Assembly (NCBI GenBank): GCA_964035545.1
Contig: OZ037769.1
Location: 12,058,633-12,122,632, forward strand
Length of the DNA: 64,000 nucleotides
Origin: Bugula neritina
Lineage: Eukaryota; Animalia; Bryozoa
Reading direction: 5' to 3'
Part shown: piece by piece, positions 40,250 through 64,000 of the stretch
How the letters are laid out: every line of letters begins with the position of its first letter
Position numbering within the stretch: position 1 is the stretch's first letter
The notes under the pieces: model-generated
The model's input: only the letters and a program-made list of their open reading frames with translations
What the model was told of the DNA's origin: nothing
The model's database searches: none
Translations under genes and position numbers: made by a program

Positions 40250-40750
40250 AAAATCAGCCTTCAAGCATTATCAAATAGTGGCTAAAAGTATAAGTTGGGG
40301 GATCATAGTCATATTACGCATTTAAGCCCCTAACTCCAAACTCTAGAGTACCAAACTGCTGCACTATGTCACCCCAAACTTGGAGCTGCTTATAGAAAGA
40401 GTCTTAAATAATAGTTGATAGCGTAATAAAACAGTTTCCGGATATGACGATAGGTTCTAATTGCGAGTTATCTTTTCTATTTGAAACTTGGCTGCAAATT
40501 ATTGCAACTAATTTTCATCATTTCAAGAAACTATGACAACTTCTAGAACTTAAAAATGTTGATTGGTACAATTTGAATAAAACAAAAACAAAATAGATGC
40601 CTCATTTGAAAAAATGATTGTTTCGAACATAATGTTGATCGAAAACTAACTAACCCCCTTTTACGTAATTTTTATCCGAAACTGCCAATATTGGTAAAGA
40701 GCTCAGGGTTAAATTTAGTGGTTCAAAGGCTTCACAAACCAAAATAGCTG
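40250..40750. promoter_or_regulatory. Probable bidirectional promoter shared by BLOC1S1 and UBR4 (position approximate)
   Basis: Start codons diverge 1985 bp apart, and both follow splice acceptors, implying 5' UTR exons in between. An ETS-like TTTCCGG and a TGACG motif lie at ~40435-40449. Confidence 0.45.
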
Positions 40751-41220
40751 AGTATAGCTTCCCCTTTGACTAACTTTGAGTACATAAATATTCGCTATTT
40801 TACAACAGTTGAACCTGAAGCGACGTTTTCTCTTTAAAATATTAATAATGTTAGATGATGTAAAAGTTTCAGCTGGCTGTAAGTGCAGTATTAAGTTAGC
40901 AACTGCAATGATTTTTACTGATACTTTTTGTGATACCAACGTCAACTAACACTAACAGTAATGACTAATGAGTAACTCTAAGTCTAATACTAATACTAAT
41001 AGTAATACTAATAGTAATACTAATACTAATAGTTATACTTATACTTATACTATAGTAATAGCAATAGTAATACTTTACTAATAATAATAGTAATACTAGT
41101 AGTAATACTACTAGCATTAGTATTACTATTAGGTATTATTAGTGAAGTATTAGTACTATTACTACTTACTTGAACATTTGCTTTTACTTTTAGAGGTGAC
41201 TCAGACTGATCATCATCACC

Positions 41221-63665
<22,445 letters not shown>

Positions 63666-64000
63666 GTGAGTCATAATAGTTAACAGTTACTGTAAACCTT
63701 CAGTAAAGGAGTAAGTGTGCCAGTGTTTTTTACAACAGGTGACCAGGGTTTAGTTTAAGCCTTGGTTTGGTAATGAATTTGCACTAGCTGATTTATTCAA
63801 CAAACTTGCAGCTAGGTGAAGATTTTTGCCGGCTATATGTGGGGTAGAAGCTGATAAAATTGTTTTACCTTATATTGTGAAATAATTCAAAATATTTTTA
63901 ATCGCTGTTTGCTGGTATAAAAATAAACTTGGCTATTATCCAGCAGAACAATGGTACACGTATGGTAGACAACTTATTTTGGTTTTGTAGAAGTTGTCAG

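Overview
AT-rich genomic DNA from an animal, probably an invertebrate (spliceosomal introns, many TEs). The left ~24 kb is largely transposon debris: two decayed, nested minus-strand Gypsy/Ty3 LTR retrotransposons with tRNA-Leu primer sites, a solo LTR, a long-TIR DNA element arm, an open 5'-truncated CR1/L2-type LINE and RTE fragments. An (AT)n tract at ~23.5-24.4 kb holds two different hammerhead-ribozyme-like elements. One is a ~260 bp retrozyme-like unit with a complete type I hammerhead fold; the other is a ~205 bp palindrome of Penelope-like repeats with a minimal hammerhead. Host genes are a secreted PAN/apple + F-type lectin gene (+), an intronless divergent class A-like GPCR (-), BLOC1S1 (-, 5 coding exons) and, head-to-head with it, the first 29 coding exons of UBR4 (+, runs off the window). 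UBR4 introns contain MITEs, a nested hAT/foldback insertion within a 4-kb minisatellite, and tandem repeats that copy their own splice donors. The strongest leads are the microsatellite-embedded ribozyme elements and a spliced, TATA-driven Cys/His accessory gene lying where the 3' LTR of Gypsy 1 should be. All calls are by eye; no searches were run.
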